A stretch of DNA of 64,000 nt from Chlorokybus atmophyticus (GCA_009103225.1 RHPI01003599.1:219463-283462); one strand, 5' to 3'; numbered from the stretch's first letter, positions 12,625-26,408 are shown. The notes: generated from the letters alone by a model not told the origin. A program made the numbers and translations.

Positions 12625-13936
12625 ATGGCGACCGCTATGCAGAGCGCCGCCTTGAAGGGAGCTGCGGTGGTGTCGCAGAAGAAGGCACAGCTGCCGCAGC
12701 AGAGGTCGGCGCAGCCGGCTCGCCTTGCGCCCAGGTGCTCCGCCGCCGCTCCCCAGAAGAATGTGCTGCAGCTGGCTGGCAAGGCCGCCGCCGCCTTCGC
12801 CGCCTCCGCCCTCGTCGCCTCCTCCGCTGGCGCCCTCACCCAGGAGCAGCTCAACGCCCTCACCTACATGCAGGTCAAGGGCACCGGCATTGCCAACACA
12901 TGCACCACCGTCGATGCCCCGGAGGGCACCCAGGTCAAGCTGCCAGCTGGCAACTACAAGATCGTCAAGATGTGCCTTGAGCCCACCTCCTTCACCGTCA
13001 AGGACGAGTCCCCCTTCAAGGTACATCAGCTTGCAACCTTACGCTTGGCACTCTCGAATGCTGGCTCCATTCAGCCATCAATTGTGACAGTTTCACTGAG
13101 GCTTGCTTTATGATTGCGTCAGGATTGAGTGCTTGCCATGGCATTCGCATGCACATTGGTTGATGGCTGAGGTATTTGCTCATCCAGGGTGGCGAGCCTG
13201 AATTTGTGAAGACCAAGCTCATGACCCGGTTGACATACACCCTGGACGAGATTGACGGTGACGCGCAGGTCGGCCCCGATGGCTCGTTCTCCTTCAAGGA
13301 GAATGACGGCATTGACTACGCCGCTACCACCGTCCAGCTGCCTGGTAAGCAAGCACACAGGGCATAGAATTGCGTCAGTGTATGAGTCTACAGCCATAAG
13401 CATATGTCTGGACAATGCCTCAACCATCAGGCGTGCATGTCAAAGTCTTAACCATGTTGATCAAATACAGACAATTGGTGTCGCTGATCTCGCTGTGTTT
13501 TGGTACCTGTAAGGTTGTTGTGTTGACTGAATGTTGCCATCATCAACCAGGCGGTGAGCGCGTGCCTTTCCTGTTCACCATCAAGGAGCTCGACGCCAAG
13601 GGTTCCCTGCAGAAGTTCACTGGCAACTTCTCTGTGCCATCATACCGCGGCTCCACCTTCCTTGACCCCAAGGGCCGTGGTGGCTCCACCGGGTACGACA
13701 ACGCCGTTGCCCTGCCTGCCGCTGCTGACTCTGAGGAGCTGGAGAAGGAGAACAACAAGAGCACCAAGGCCCTGGTCGGCACCGCCACCTTCCAGACCGC
13801 CGTTGTCAACCCCGAGAACCAGGAGCTTGGTGGAGTCTTTGAGAGCTTGCAGCCATCAGACACTGATCTGGGTGCCAAGGTCCCCAAGGATGTCAAGATC
13901 CAGGGTGTCTGGTATGCTCAGTACCAGAAGCTTTAA
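12625..13936 (+). CDS. psbO: Photosystem II oxygen-evolving enhancer protein 1 precursor (312 aa)
   Basis: Exons 12625-13020, 13188-13344 and 13551-13936 (939 nt, GT-AG). Bipartite transit peptide ending in a hydrophobic stretch and AGA. Motifs [68 protein letters not shown]. Confidence 0.98.
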
Positions 13937-14994
13937 ATTTGCTGCTGCACACTCCTCGCTTGCTGCTGCACACTAGAGAGTAGTGAAACTATCAGTGTAG
14001 TATATACCGTACGTCAGTAACATGTTGCTGTGATTTGCCTGCACCTCAATCTGCACGCTGGGCTTGTATACACTAGGTTGTTACACCTGGCATGCATGCT
14101 ACCACGTTCTCAAGAACAGTTTCGCACATAATGTTTGAAAGCACCACGTCTCTTGTTTGCATTGCAATCGAAAGCCAGCACACTAACGTGTTGCTATTGC
14201 TCCCATCGATTAACGATTTGAGGTAACCACTTGAGGTAATTTATTTACCCGAGAATCATAGTCTCAGGAGATATGGAGAAAGTAGTTAGAATTAGAGTGT
14301 AGGCAAGCATCTTTTCACAATGGACATTGATTTGAAGCAGGTGCATTGTTTGCGGTGTTAACAAAATCACACGTGCGAGCTATCTTCAGTCTAAGGTAGG
14401 ATGACACTAAGTGTCATCATTTGTTGCTGCTGTGCCACATGACAACATGTATTGTCCAACTTTTGTCTTCACTGACGAAGTTCACAAATAGTCACAGCCA
14501 GAAAACTTCACACTTCTTCTTGCTGGCGAAACACTCCACCATTTGCGGTCGGACACTACACCGACTCTAACAATTGACACAGTGCAGCGTCCACACCTAC
14601 CAGCATCACGTGAACCATTGGCATTCTCAACAAAATCACACTCACTGTGAGCCCATGGTTGTGGTGCATCCTCAGCTGCCGGTCACTTGACATTCAGCAG
14701 TGTATCGGCCCTCCACCATTGATGCAGAAGTTGTAATCACCTGCAGCTGCCTACATTGTCGCCACTACCTGATAGGGAGGTTGCTGAGCACACAGGAGCT
14801 AAAGGACGCAAAATGCGAAAACCTACGGTGGCATGTGTCATTGCATCCACCAGAGACCATGATGACATGGTCTAACCAAGCGAGGCCAAACTCTTGCTTG
14901 GCGCCACGGGTGCTATCCACGGCGCTTGCACTTGGTTGTGAACCTGTGATGCCTGTCTGAGAGTGTAGTACCATCTACGTCAGTACTAGCGCTG

Positions 14995-16853
14995 TCAAAC
15001 CCGAGCCTCTCCTGCAATGTGAGGTGACAGTATGCCAGCCCCATCCAAGTTGAGCTGACGTGCATCCACACGGCTGAACCCGGCCGCATTTATGGCGGAC
15101 AGAGTGTCGCGGTTCAAGTTGCACCCGTCCGCAGCCACATTCTGCAAAGGGTTCAGCACGTCCTGCGCCAGGCGTTTCCATGTGCTCTCTGTGGAATAAA
15201 CAGCATGGTTGGTTTGAGCAAAGGATGCAGTAAGAATGCAAATGGCGCTTCGTTTACCAGGCACTGTTGTACAACATTGTACAACAATGCAAGCTTGCTT
15301 ACTTGGAGCAGCAACATGCTCAATGAAGAAGTAGCTTCCTCCAGGGCGCAGCACGCGTTGAATCTCTGCGCGTGACCTCCACATACTCAAAACATGGTAT
15401 ATATGCAACATGTGTTGCATGTGTTACCTTGTGTAATGTAGGTACTGTGCATAGCAATGGCTTAGAAGAGACCAAACAACTTGACCTCAAGCTGTGTCTT
15501 GCGGTCAACACGACATGTACCTTTAAGAGCAGTGGTTACATCTGGAACGGAGCACAACAGCAGCGTTGCAATCACGGTGTCAACGCTGCGGTCTGATAAC
15601 GGCAGTCGTTCTGCCACCTGGTAAACAAGGTTCCACAAGAGAGAAGGAGTTACCCATGTCGCCAGTGAACATACACCTTTATATCGCCTTTGTCCTCACC
15701 CCAGACAGCAAAGCTATATTGGAAAGACCAGCTTTGCGTGCCGCTTTCATCGCGTAAGAAGACATTGCTGGGTTTGGGTCTACGCCGATGAGATGCACTT
15801 CGGGACTCAGCATTTCAGCATAGAATCTTCCAACCATTGCACATGTGAACGACAGGGTTGAGTGGTGCAATATCTAACTCAGCTTCAAGGCAACCATGCG
15901 AACCGTGGTACAAAGCAGCCAACTGTCATTGGTAGCTTCAATCAACAACAGTCCTTGCAGGTGATTATGATGTATGCTGGCCAACACTCTCTGAGTACAC
16001 ATCACAAGACAGCGCAGGTTGCTGATGCTCTCACTTGAGGTTTGGCGCGGTGCCCATGCCCACTTCAAGCAACTCCTGGCAGCTAGGATCAATGTGTTGA
16101 AACAGCTCTTTCTTCACGGGTGTGATGAGCTCTGTAAGTGACTTGCAACTATCAAGTAGAGGGATGAAGCAACAGCATCCACCCGCATGTCCGTGTGTGC
16201 ATGCGCGCGTGCCATACTTGCAGTGTTTGCACTTACCCTCGTAAAAGCCCATAGTTGTGGCCATGGCTTTGGCAAAGTATGTGTCGTACCACTCATTGCG
16301 CTGCGCACATGCCTGAAAAACACACAAGAACGTCCTGATCGGTTCAGACTTCAGCAAGGATTACAATGTGCGTTGCTTGCTTTTCTCTCTCACCTGGCAT
16401 GCGCATGCGCCTCTGCTGGCACTCGCAGCAAATGAAGCAAGCAACAGAGACACAACGGCACTTCGTCTCGTTACATGCTGCATGACAGTAGAAGTCAACA
16501 AGCATGCAGAACCACAGACAACACCGATTGGACTACTGCTGCTCCTGCAACCATGACTACTCTGCTCCAGTGTTACTAAGTACTGCTTTAAAGTCAAGTC
16601 AGCAAGCAGCCATGACGTGACAACACACCTGCTTTGGTCTTTGCTGCTGCTGCTGTTGAGGCGAAGTACAGCTCCGCACACAGCACAACCGCAAGCTTTC
16701 TCTTCTGCTGCTCCGTCTTGCTGGCAACCTCACCGCCTGTCTCCTCTCTGTTGTCCTCGCAGACACAGAGGAGGAGGAGGCAGAGGAGATACTGCACAGA
16801 CCTCCGCTTCCAGGCCACAATCCCACCCACACCGCCGCCTCCGCCGCCGCCAT
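14995..16853 (-). CDS. Class I SAM-dependent methyltransferase (Methyltransf_11 / METTL7-like), probably plastid-targeted
   Basis: Exons give an Arg/Ser-rich N-terminus from ATG 16853, then EWYDTYFAKAM, LLEVGMGTAPNL (SAM motif), VDPNPAM, DRSVDTVIATLLLCSV, EIQRVLRPGGSYFFIEHV and DGCNLNRDT, with a stop at 14995. Confidence 0.88.
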
Positions 16854-16970
16854 TGCCACACTACGTACTCAAGCATTAAGGAGTGCTAGCATGCCAGCCA
16901 TGCACAGCATGCCTCAGACAAAGCATAGGAGCAGCTGGTTGTGGAAGCTGTTGTGAACAGTCCGCTTAGC

Positions 16971-19646
16971 ATGCTTGGCCTGGTGGTGACGGACGGCCTG
17001 CGGCTGGTGCGGCCTGGTGGCGCGGCCGGCTTGCTGCGCAAGGGCGGTTGCCACCAGGCCAGGACCACCAGGCCGCAGCATGCAACTGCCTCAGTGCGGC
17101 CCAAAGCAGCTTGCTCGCAGGCCGGCGGCGACGACGATGAGGCTGCTGGAGTTGGTCACAGCCATGAGCATGATCATGATGGCGTGAGTGTGAGTCGGCG
17201 GCAGGTGCTGGCGTCAGCTGCTGCTGCTGCTGCCGCGTGCTCCAGCTTGTGTCCAGGTGAGTGGTTGCGAAAGCAAGCTGCTGCTATGCATGTCATCATT
17301 CAACACCACATTAGCATCGTCATCAATCAATGGATGAAGTTGCCACTTTGAGCACAAGGAGTACACACGAGTAGCAGGAATACACTACAGGCCTACCACA
17401 CTGTACTGCTTGAATGGTTAGCATGCGCGGTACATGGTACCCAGGTTTCACGTGCAATGTTGTTCTGCTAACTTTCATCAAACCTTGCTTCGTCGACACG
17501 TTCATAAGGCACACGCAAGTTCAATGTCTGTGCCTGCCGAAATGAACTTCTTTCCTTGCATGCAGGCACAGCGAACGCCGCTGTGGATGTTCCTCTCAGG
17601 CTTGAAGATGTCACGCCAGCTGTCATCCCGGCTGGCCCGCTCCCACCTTCAGAGGTGATCTAGCCTGATCAAACCTTCTTAGCTTACAGCTCTCATCCTT
17701 GTTGATGTTGATGCGTATATGCCTACTTGTGCTTTGCTGGTCAACACTTGCTCGCTAACTGGTATACAAATTGCACGTGATGTTTTGCATACCTGTTCTT
17801 GATGTTGCGCTGATTTTGTTTCACTGTGCTTGCTAGCTCGCTACTGTGCAGCTGTTTGAAGCGAGCACGTACAGCGTTGCCAACATCATCGACGTGACGT
17901 TGAGGCCTGGCATCAGATCAGTTGGCGAAGTGGAGGTGGGTAGTATGTGTACTTCTGTTTCGTGTCCATATTGCTGAACGGGTCATGGCTTGTTATGACA
18001 GATTCCTGAAGGCAATGGGTCAGGCATAGTGTGGGACAGTGAAGGCCACGTAGTGACCAATTACCATGGTGCGTGTGCACGTGCGTGCGCGCGTGCTTGC
18101 GTGTTTACGTGCGTGCTCTGCTCCAAAGTTTTGGCAAGCACTGTTGTGTGACTGTTGGTATAGATGCAGCTGTAGTCACTCTTTATAGATTTTTTCTACA
18201 GTTGTTGGGAGCGTGCTGTCGCGCAACGTTCGGCCCGGAGACACTGTTGCGCAAGTGACGCTGCTGCGCTCAGATGGGTACAAATAAATTATTACATGTT
18301 GATAACTCTTTCCTTTACATGTATATTGTTGCCTCTCGTGATGTGCATGTGGGTTGCGCAGGTACCAACAGACATTTGGCGCAACATTGGTAGGGGCAGA
18401 CAGAAGTAAGGACTTAGCCGTTTTGCAGGTTGGTCACAATTGGTGCCTTGAACACCAGCACAAGCGCAACACACTCAACTCGATTGGATTGCCCGAATGC
18501 ATGCGCAATATGGGAACTATGTAGGTGCGTGCGCCATCAGAAGTTTTGAGACCGATACCGTTGGGCACGTCAAACGAGTTGAAAGTCGGCCAGCGTTGTT
18601 TTGCCATTGGCAACCCTTTCGGCTTCGATCACACGCTCACTACTGGCGTTATCAGGTGTGCGGGCAATCACCTATCCAACCAAGTGCAAAGCCATTGTTC
18701 TGTGTGCGTTGTGTTTGGCACATACATACAGGCACTGATTTTATATTTGTGCTGCAGCGGACTGGAGAGAGATATTTACAGCCAAGCCAATGTTGTCATA
18801 AGTGGCGGTATTCAGACTGACGCTAGTATCAATCCAGGCAACAGGCAAGTTGGAGGTCAACTGTTTTTCATGTGTGGTGCAGTCAGTCTTCAATTCTTCA
18901 ATAATTGCTTCTCTGCAGCGGCGGCCCTCTTCTGGACTCAAAAGGGCGCCTGATAGGCATCAACACGGCAATTTTTACGCGCTCAGGTCTGCCGTGCTAA
19001 TAGTATTGCGTGACTAATGCCGTCACTGCATTGCATGACTTGCATCTGAATTGCTTCACCAACTTGTCGTGAGCCAGGCACATCGGCCGGCGTGGGCTTT
19101 GCTATCCCCATTGATGCTATTGTGCGAGTGGTCCCCCAACTAATACAATACGGCAAGGCAAGTGAAACTTGTTACGCGGGTCAACACAGGCAACCCATTG
19201 TGTTACTGAGACAACGCTGACTCGTGCCATGTCACATCAGGTTGTACGCGCTGGCTTGAACATAGTGTTTGCGTCGGCGCAAGTGGCCAAACAGCTGCAG
19301 GTCAAGGCGGGTGCTCTCATCCTCTCCATCCCGCCCAACAGCGCTGCGGCCAAGGCCGGCCTGCAGTCCACGCGGAGAGGGCTGACTGGCATTGTGCCCG
19401 GCGATGTCATCATTGATGCAGACGGCATGCAGGTGGGTTGTGGCATTGTCTCCTAACCAGTATGGAGTTGTTCTATTCTTTACACTCTTTGTACCATGTA
19501 TGTAGGTGAAGACGCCTCTGGATTTGTCGAAGGTGCTCGACAAGCATAGGGTTGGCGACAAGGTCACGTTGACTGTGCTGCGCATTGACAACGGATCGCA
19601 AAGGGAGGTGAAGGTGCCGGTTGTGCTGGAGGAAAGCAGTATGTAG
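16971..19646 (+). CDS. DEG8: Thylakoid lumen Deg/HtrA serine protease, DEG8-like
   Basis: RR-type lumen signal (SRRQVLAS). Motifs STYSVANIIDVTLRP, PEGNGSGIVWD, VTNYH (His), KDLAV (Asp), AIGNPFGFDHTLT and QTDASINPGN|SGGP (Ser), then a C-terminal PDZ domain ending VLEESSM*. Close to the Arabidopsis Deg8 sequence as recalled. Confidence 0.93.
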
Positions 19647-20022
19647 GCTGCAGTTGAGATGACTGTTACATGCATGCTAGGTTTGTGCCAATTGATTTAA
19701 TCTAAGCCATTCACGACTGGTGGCCATGGAGTCTGAGGCGTTAACACAGTGCTCTGCTTGACAGTGCATATGCCCACAGAGCACACACATTGTTGTCGAA
19801 GCTACTGCTTGGTCCATGCCGCTGTCGTGATGTTTGGTACAAGTGCATACGGCTTCAACTCAACTTGCCCCAAGCAGCACATCAGGAGCCACCATCATTG
19901 TGTTTGGCAGCCTCCATGCATTGGCTGGCAGTGAGAGAAACCCCCTACAAATGTACAACGATGTCACACTACGCCTTACTATACCATATACGCGCATGCA
20001 CCGCACACCGCCATCATCACAA

Positions 20023-20117
<95 letters not shown>

Positions 20118-20835
20118 NTAGGTACCCATATAACCACCCCCCCCCCCCCCCCCCCCCCTTTCATGGCTCTCACACCTTGCAAACGCATTCCGCCATGGCA
20201 CGAGGGTGTGGGGAACCTCACAACTCTGTGCGCGCAGAGGCGCTAGAAGCCCCTCCCAGCAGCATGCCATGCGTCTCCGTCATCAGCGGGTACAAAATAC
20301 CCCTTGTGGCACCACCCCTGCCCGGTCTCCACACGCTGTGACTGGCACGTCTAGCCGCAGCTTTGTGTTTTTGCCGAGTTCCGATGCCACCAAGTCCGAC
20401 CGCTGTGCCCTGCGATGTCCCCGCGCGGATGGGCATGCTTGAAGTGATCACTGCATGCGGTCGGTCCCATGCATCTTTGAGTGTTTGCAGCGATACATTT
20501 GAGCACACTTTCTTAGTAATCATGTTGATTGACCTCAGCTTGAATTCATAGCACCAACCTAACCCATCCTGTCAGTCATGTTCAGGTCCATGGCCTGAAC
20601 AAATCCTAGTTTTAATGATGAAATGCTTTCGAAGGAAGGATTTCATTAAAACTAGGATTCTATCGTCTCTCACATTCCAATCATGTGTTAATGTGGAACA
20701 ATTAAGCTCATATGCGAAGCATGGCCAAGCAAACAAGAGCAGGTAACGTCAGGCAGTTGAATGCATTGCACGCTCTACTACTACACATACGAAGCAGTGG
20801 CCTTGGCACTCGCTAGCTGCACGCGACTTGCCGTT

Positions 20836-21138
20836 GCGCCGCCTGCCAGGCTATATATCAGGCTACTTGGCGCTTTACCGGCAGCGGGTGGCCTGCGCGC
20901 TACAGCGTGCGCAAGGCCTCACTATCCTGGAGCGAGGAGCGGCAATCGTGGCCACCGAGCCGGGCTGGGGACCCGTTCAGACGTCAGCACCGACATCCGA
21001 GGCGGACGCTGTACTGGCGGCTGCTGCCGGACAGTTGCAGTTGCACACGTGTGCGTGTATTCGCGTGCAGTTGTGGTACTTTGTGCAGTATTGCAGTTGT
21101 GGTAGGCATGGAGCAAAGTATATAGCTGTACTTGAACT
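20836..21138 (+). mobile_element. Possible 3' fragment of an RLE-type (CRE/NeSL-like) non-LTR retrotransposon
   Basis: Translation LYRQRVACALQRAQGLTI resembles the C-terminal QRxSxALQRGNA helix of RLE elements. Flanked by the 9-bp direct repeat cttgccgtt (20827-20835, 21139-21147). Confidence 0.35.
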
Positions 21139-21619
21139 CTTGCCGTTCTAGTAATGAGAGAGTGGCCTTGGCACTCAGCAGCATAGGCCATTGATAGGCT
21201 ACTGCTCAAACCACACGCAACTTTCAGTGATGGCTTGACCGCGCGCAACTAGTGCTTGTCAAGAAGCACATTTTATTACATGTCTAATTGGGCAACATCG
21301 TCACACCAAGCCACGTACTGTCATCCCTGCCTATCACTGCACAGGTCAACTGCACACCTCAATGCAGACTTTGTACACCATGTCATGAGGAAACAGAGCG
21401 CACATGTACCTATTAATTAGCTTGACTATCCCCGTACCCAGTACACCACACGCAATTAAGCCTCTCCGCAATGTGATTACCCGTATGGCAACCTGAAGGT
21501 ACTGGGGCGTTGCAGATTTCCCAGCAAGAATGTAAGATGGCCAATCGGTAAGTCAAACAGCTGCATATACATCCCCCGGGCCCCAGCACAGACAGCAATC
21601 ATCACCTCGCTACTGTAAC

Positions 21620-23700
21620 TTAGTTGATAGTGTCCACGACCACGCGGCGCGACTTGATAGGTGCCCACTTCCAGCGCTTGTAGTATGCGGCTTGCAGCAG
21701 CACAATCGACAACACCAACACCCACTTGAGGCCCATCTGTGATGCAGAAAAGAGTGAGTTGACCCATCAGCAAACAAAATGCAAGAGGTCTTGTCTAATA
21801 ACACAGTAGCGATTGGGGCGTGTTGTCAGTGAACTGCTGTGACAGAACTCAACACAAGGCATGCTGCAGTTGATGACTTACTACAACGCTGCGAAACCAT
21901 TCAGCATTTGCCAAATCTTACCAGCTTACGCTCATCATGCTCTGGCTCCGCTGCCCATGCAAGGAAGGTGACAACGTCTTTACCCATCTGCAATCGTAGA
22001 ACGGTATTAACGAGCAACAACCCCGAGCTGAGTCTGAAACATAAGCAACCAATCCAAGAGCTGAAACGAGTGCTGCTCATTACTTGTACTGCACATCAGT
22101 TCTGTTACCTGTGATGCAGTTGCCGGGGTGCCATCTTCGTACTCAACCGCACCGTCAACCAACATTTGTGGCATAGCAATAGCTCCACCAGGGAAGTACG
22201 GGTTGTAATGCAAGCCCTCGCGCACCTATCGCACAATGTTTCAGATTGTACAATTTTATAAGACTGATGGGATCGGAGCAAACACTCGCTTGCATAAGCC
22301 TTACATGCACGCCAGCAGGTGGATCGCGATAGCCAGTCAGCAAGGAAAACACGTAATTCTGTCCGTCATGGCGTGCCTATTGCAGACACAGCAGATCAGC
22401 ATGAAACCGTGCACACATCTGGGGACAACAAGAGGGCTATTTGCCCTACCTTTGTGATTAAGGTGAGGTCAGGTGGGTAGGCCCCACCATTGGCATAGCG
22501 AGCCGTCTCTTCATTCGGGTATGGCTTGGGCAGAGGGTCAGAGATCTTGCCGGGTCGGGTGTACATCTCACCCTGATCGTTTGGACCATCAATGACCTCG
22601 ACCTCCTCTGCCATAGCCTTCACCTCTTCTTCGGTGTAGGCAACGCCGATGAGATTGCGGAAGGAAAGCTTATCCAGACTGTGGCATGCCTGGCACACCG
22701 CCGTGTACACCTGATGTCCCCTGCACACCACCACGACAACAACATTATCATGCACACGTACGTCATAACACGAAATAATAACTTATGTACTGCTTCCAAC
22801 ACACAACACACACATACGTCAAACTTGCTGCAAGGCAATAACCGCCTGTACCTATGTTGTCTGTGCTGCCAGCTTGCAGCGCAGACAACAGTGGTAGTGA
22901 CTACTACGCACATGAAATTGTCGTGTTAAAGCACCTGCGAATGGCGGCGTGGTCATAAGCTGAGAACGGGCCTTCATGGGGCCAGGGATACTTGGGAGCG
23001 GGAAGACCGTGCTCTGCTTCGTCCATGTATGCAACGGACGCAGCGCCAAGCAGCCCGCCCACAGCGCCCATTCCTACTGCACCCCACGCATGCCGGCTGC
23101 TGCTGCTGCTGCTCTGCCCATTGTCGGCCCTGCTGCTTCCGCTGCGCTCCGTTGCTGTCGCGGCCGAAGCTAAGCTCTGTGCCACAAGACAAACCTGTGA
23201 GCTACAAGCAACTGAATCCATCCAAGTCCAAGCAAAGCGTAGAAGCCATTGGGGATGTGCAGAACATGGCACTGAAGAACTAGCTACAAAGCGACACGAA
23301 CATAATCGAAGCAAGTGAAGTGCACCCGACCGCTTATGTTATGCTTGATGGCATCAACAACTGGCAGCATGGCTACAGGCAAGAATACGATGACAATCTG
23401 TACACAACTTGCGAAGCCATGTTGTGCTGCGTCTGACTAGTTGTTAGCACACGCGTTTGCAGAAGTATGGCATGCGTGTCTGGTTCCATGCTATATACTA
23501 CTGCAACCACGCCTAGACAAAGCTCACGCAATACCGAGCTGTAGCACAATCACCAATTCCGCATCTGCTATCCGTATGACTGGCATGCATGATTCCTGCC
23601 GATTACAGCATGGTGCACAACCCATCGTACACACCTGCGACCGGCCGCCAGCGCCTCGCAAAAGCGAGAGCGCTCGCTGGGCCGTCCTAGTGGACAGCAT
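21620..23700 (-). CDS. CYC1: Mitochondrial cytochrome c1 precursor (7 exons)
   Basis: Exons ~23700-23635, 23176-22935, 22720-22450, 22376-22305, 22225-22110, 21986-21921 and ~21736-21620. Presequence [16 protein letters not shown], then YPWPHEG, heme motif [33 protein letters not shown], and a TM helix with YKRWKW. Confidence 0.97.
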
Positions 23701-23993
23701 GTTGCTCCCGATCCCGTCGCCCTGCCCGTGCACAACGGCACCACCGCCGCCGCTGCCACCACCGCCCGCAGCGGTTCCTGTTTAGGGTTTGATGCCACTG
23801 CCTTGCATTAGGGCTCCAAGTCAATGCGTTGTAGTGGTGCATTTGCGTGCATAGCGGAGTCGCCGTTGGATGGCCCGACCTGGAGCCGAGGACTGGTCCT
23901 AATCAATTCGGATCGAGTATTGCTAATTGGCAGAACATGTCAGCAAATACATGTGCATAATTTCCACCTGGTGACGTACAACTTGACAATTGA

Positions 23994-25133
23994 CAGTCTA
24001 CCCTCGATGTAGTGACCACTTATGGTTGGAGTCACCTAATTGTGGAGCTGCCACGATGCCAGAATCCGCAAATGCTGACTGCAAAGAGTTGGATGAGCTA
24101 ATTGGCAAGTTGGGTATTAATGACGCGCTCTCCGCGGCTGAGTACATCAACTTGCAAGGTAAACAACTTGTGGAGGCTGAGTCAACCTTTAACGAGCTGT
24201 TGGACATGCATGAGTCCGTGACGGCTGATGTGGATGTTGCCCCCGACCTCATTGCTGATGGGGACATCAACGTTGACGACATCCCACCGAAGCATGTTGC
24301 TAGTGCCACTGCAATGGAGAGCGCGGAGAAGACGGAGGTGTTTCCAGCGGATAACCTGGAGGCTTTTGGTGCAAGCGACATTGCATGGCTTGAGCGCTTC
24401 AAGAAGAAGGCTATGCAGATAGTAGTGGCAAATGTTATCGTATGTAACAGAGTGACATTCGTACCTTTTATGCATAAACGCACATGTTGTATACTTGCTG
24501 CTTACATGATGTGCATGTACACATTAAGGTAACTGCAGCTAGGTAAGTATCTACTAGACATGATATGCATCACTGCAACTTGCAATTGAAAATGCACGCA
24601 CAGTCATACGCACACAATCACAAACACGCACACACCCACACTCACAGATGACTACACGCACACTCAAATGCACGCACACTTACACACATTAACACACAGT
24701 CACACTGGCATACAATCCAGCACACTCATGCATAGTCACGCACACACACGCATAGCACACACTCGCACACTAGTGCATGCTGCATGATTAATACGGATTC
24801 ATGTACACACGCACACTCACAGATTAACACAGTTACACGCACACGCATACCCATTCATTGAGACGCACACAATCACAGCACACTGACACTCACATGCACA
24901 CACACGTAATCACACACTCATACGCACACACTAACACATGGATGATGCACCGCTGCTACTATTTTGAAAGAGCCATTGCTCCTACTTCAAGGTTACCTCA
25001 TAATAAGAGCTACAGCTCTTACTACGAGGTTCCTTTGTTAACGAGTACATGCTCTTATTTCAGGGTAAGAGCACCTCCATGTAAGAGCCAAAAGGGCTCG
25101 CGTAAACCTAGCTCTTATATCGAGGGTTGACTA
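23994..25133 (+). mobile_element. Internally deleted pogo/Tigger-like element
   Basis: Left end cagtctaccctcgat, right end atcgagggttgacta followed by TA. The internal ORF (~24058-24423) resembles a pogo transposase acidic C-terminus. A CA-rich tract lies inside. Confidence 0.55.
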
Positions 25134-26408
25134 TACAATGTTTTGACAATGTTGAAGGCCCTCAAACCTTGCAGCAAGCATCCAGGTAGTGTCGCCGCGT
25201 GCTTGTTAACTCCACCTCTTCGGCAAGGCCCTACTCCACCAGAACGATCCTTTCTTTCGCTCCTCTCTTCAAGGGCGGCTTGGGTGGGCGTGACTGTCAG
25301 TCCTCTTCAGATCTGGTGGGCATGAACTCGCTTGCAACTTACTTCTTCTTGAACAAAACTTAGCTGATGGGTTGCATGCAAGTGAAAGATGTGTGTCTCC
25401 TAGCGAAATTAGTGCAAGATGACCACAACTTGACTTGCAATCGGCCATTCACTCGTGTAGAGCAGTGGAAACTCAATCGTCACTTAAAGTACATGCCAAG
25501 GCAGCCCATACGGTGCGTCAAAGTCGCAATAGTGACACACACCCCTTCATGCACAGCAATGCACAGCAACCAACACATGCACACATACACCATACATACA
25601 AGCACGTGCAGAAGCATCCGCTCAGCTAAGAACCTCTTCCCAAAGGTGTTGCTTGCACTTCAGTAGGTCAACTTGCATCCAACCAAACCAGGAATCAATC
25701 AAGCTAGCAAAGCCTTATATACCACCGTTGAGCCCAAGCCCAACCAACTCTCCAACTACCATAACTGTCAATCTGCACCAGCATTGTAATAGTCATGATG
25801 GCGTTGATAAGTAACGGTAGACGGTTAGGATAGGCTAATCCAAGCTCATCCTTTTTAAGTACACTTAAAGACGCATTTTTTGACGCCAACCCACGGCCAA
25901 ACCATTGCTCCACTTGTAAGTTATGGCTTCTCAAACGACTTACGACTCCAAAAGAGCTGCGAGGTACCATAGGGACCCGAATATGCTGTAAGCTCGGTAC
26001 CTGACTATAGATTTGCCTCGAACACACCTCACCTCCTATGAGGACCGAAACATGAGATCCACAAGCAAACCCAACTCATAAACTCTGTAAATGGCTATGA
26101 GAGCCAAAATCCCAAGGTCCATCCATGCCGCCAGCCCCAAGGGCGCCATGCACAGGTTCACTACTTGCTCGCGCATTACAAACCGTATGAAACTACCACA
26201 TGAAAATTGCAAATGACAATTATGATACAGCGGGTGAAGGCAAAAGATACACTCTGCAAATGAGTGAGCGAGCGAGCAGGTGAGACAAAGAGCGCTTCTT
26301 GCAATAATACTCTTTAGCAACATGAATGCTTATGGTACGGTTGACATTGCCATCATGTGATATGTACTGGTAGTAACGTAAGCAAGCATGATAAAGTATT
26401 GTGATAGC

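Noticed and set aside
12234-13087. Long overlapping alternative-frame and antisense ORFs over psbO
   Set aside because: Shadow ORFs of GC-rich coding sequence; psbO explains the region.
20025-20158. Poly-C tracts (also 33902-33995, ~48088-48110, and poly-G at ~54720) giving poly-Pro/Gly ORFs
   Set aside because: Pure homopolymers, mostly next to N or gaps. Probably sequencing or gap-filling artefacts, not extensin-like genes.
25140-26330. Short Cys/His-containing ORF fragments
   Set aside because: Stops in all frames and no recognisable motif. Possibly decayed TE.
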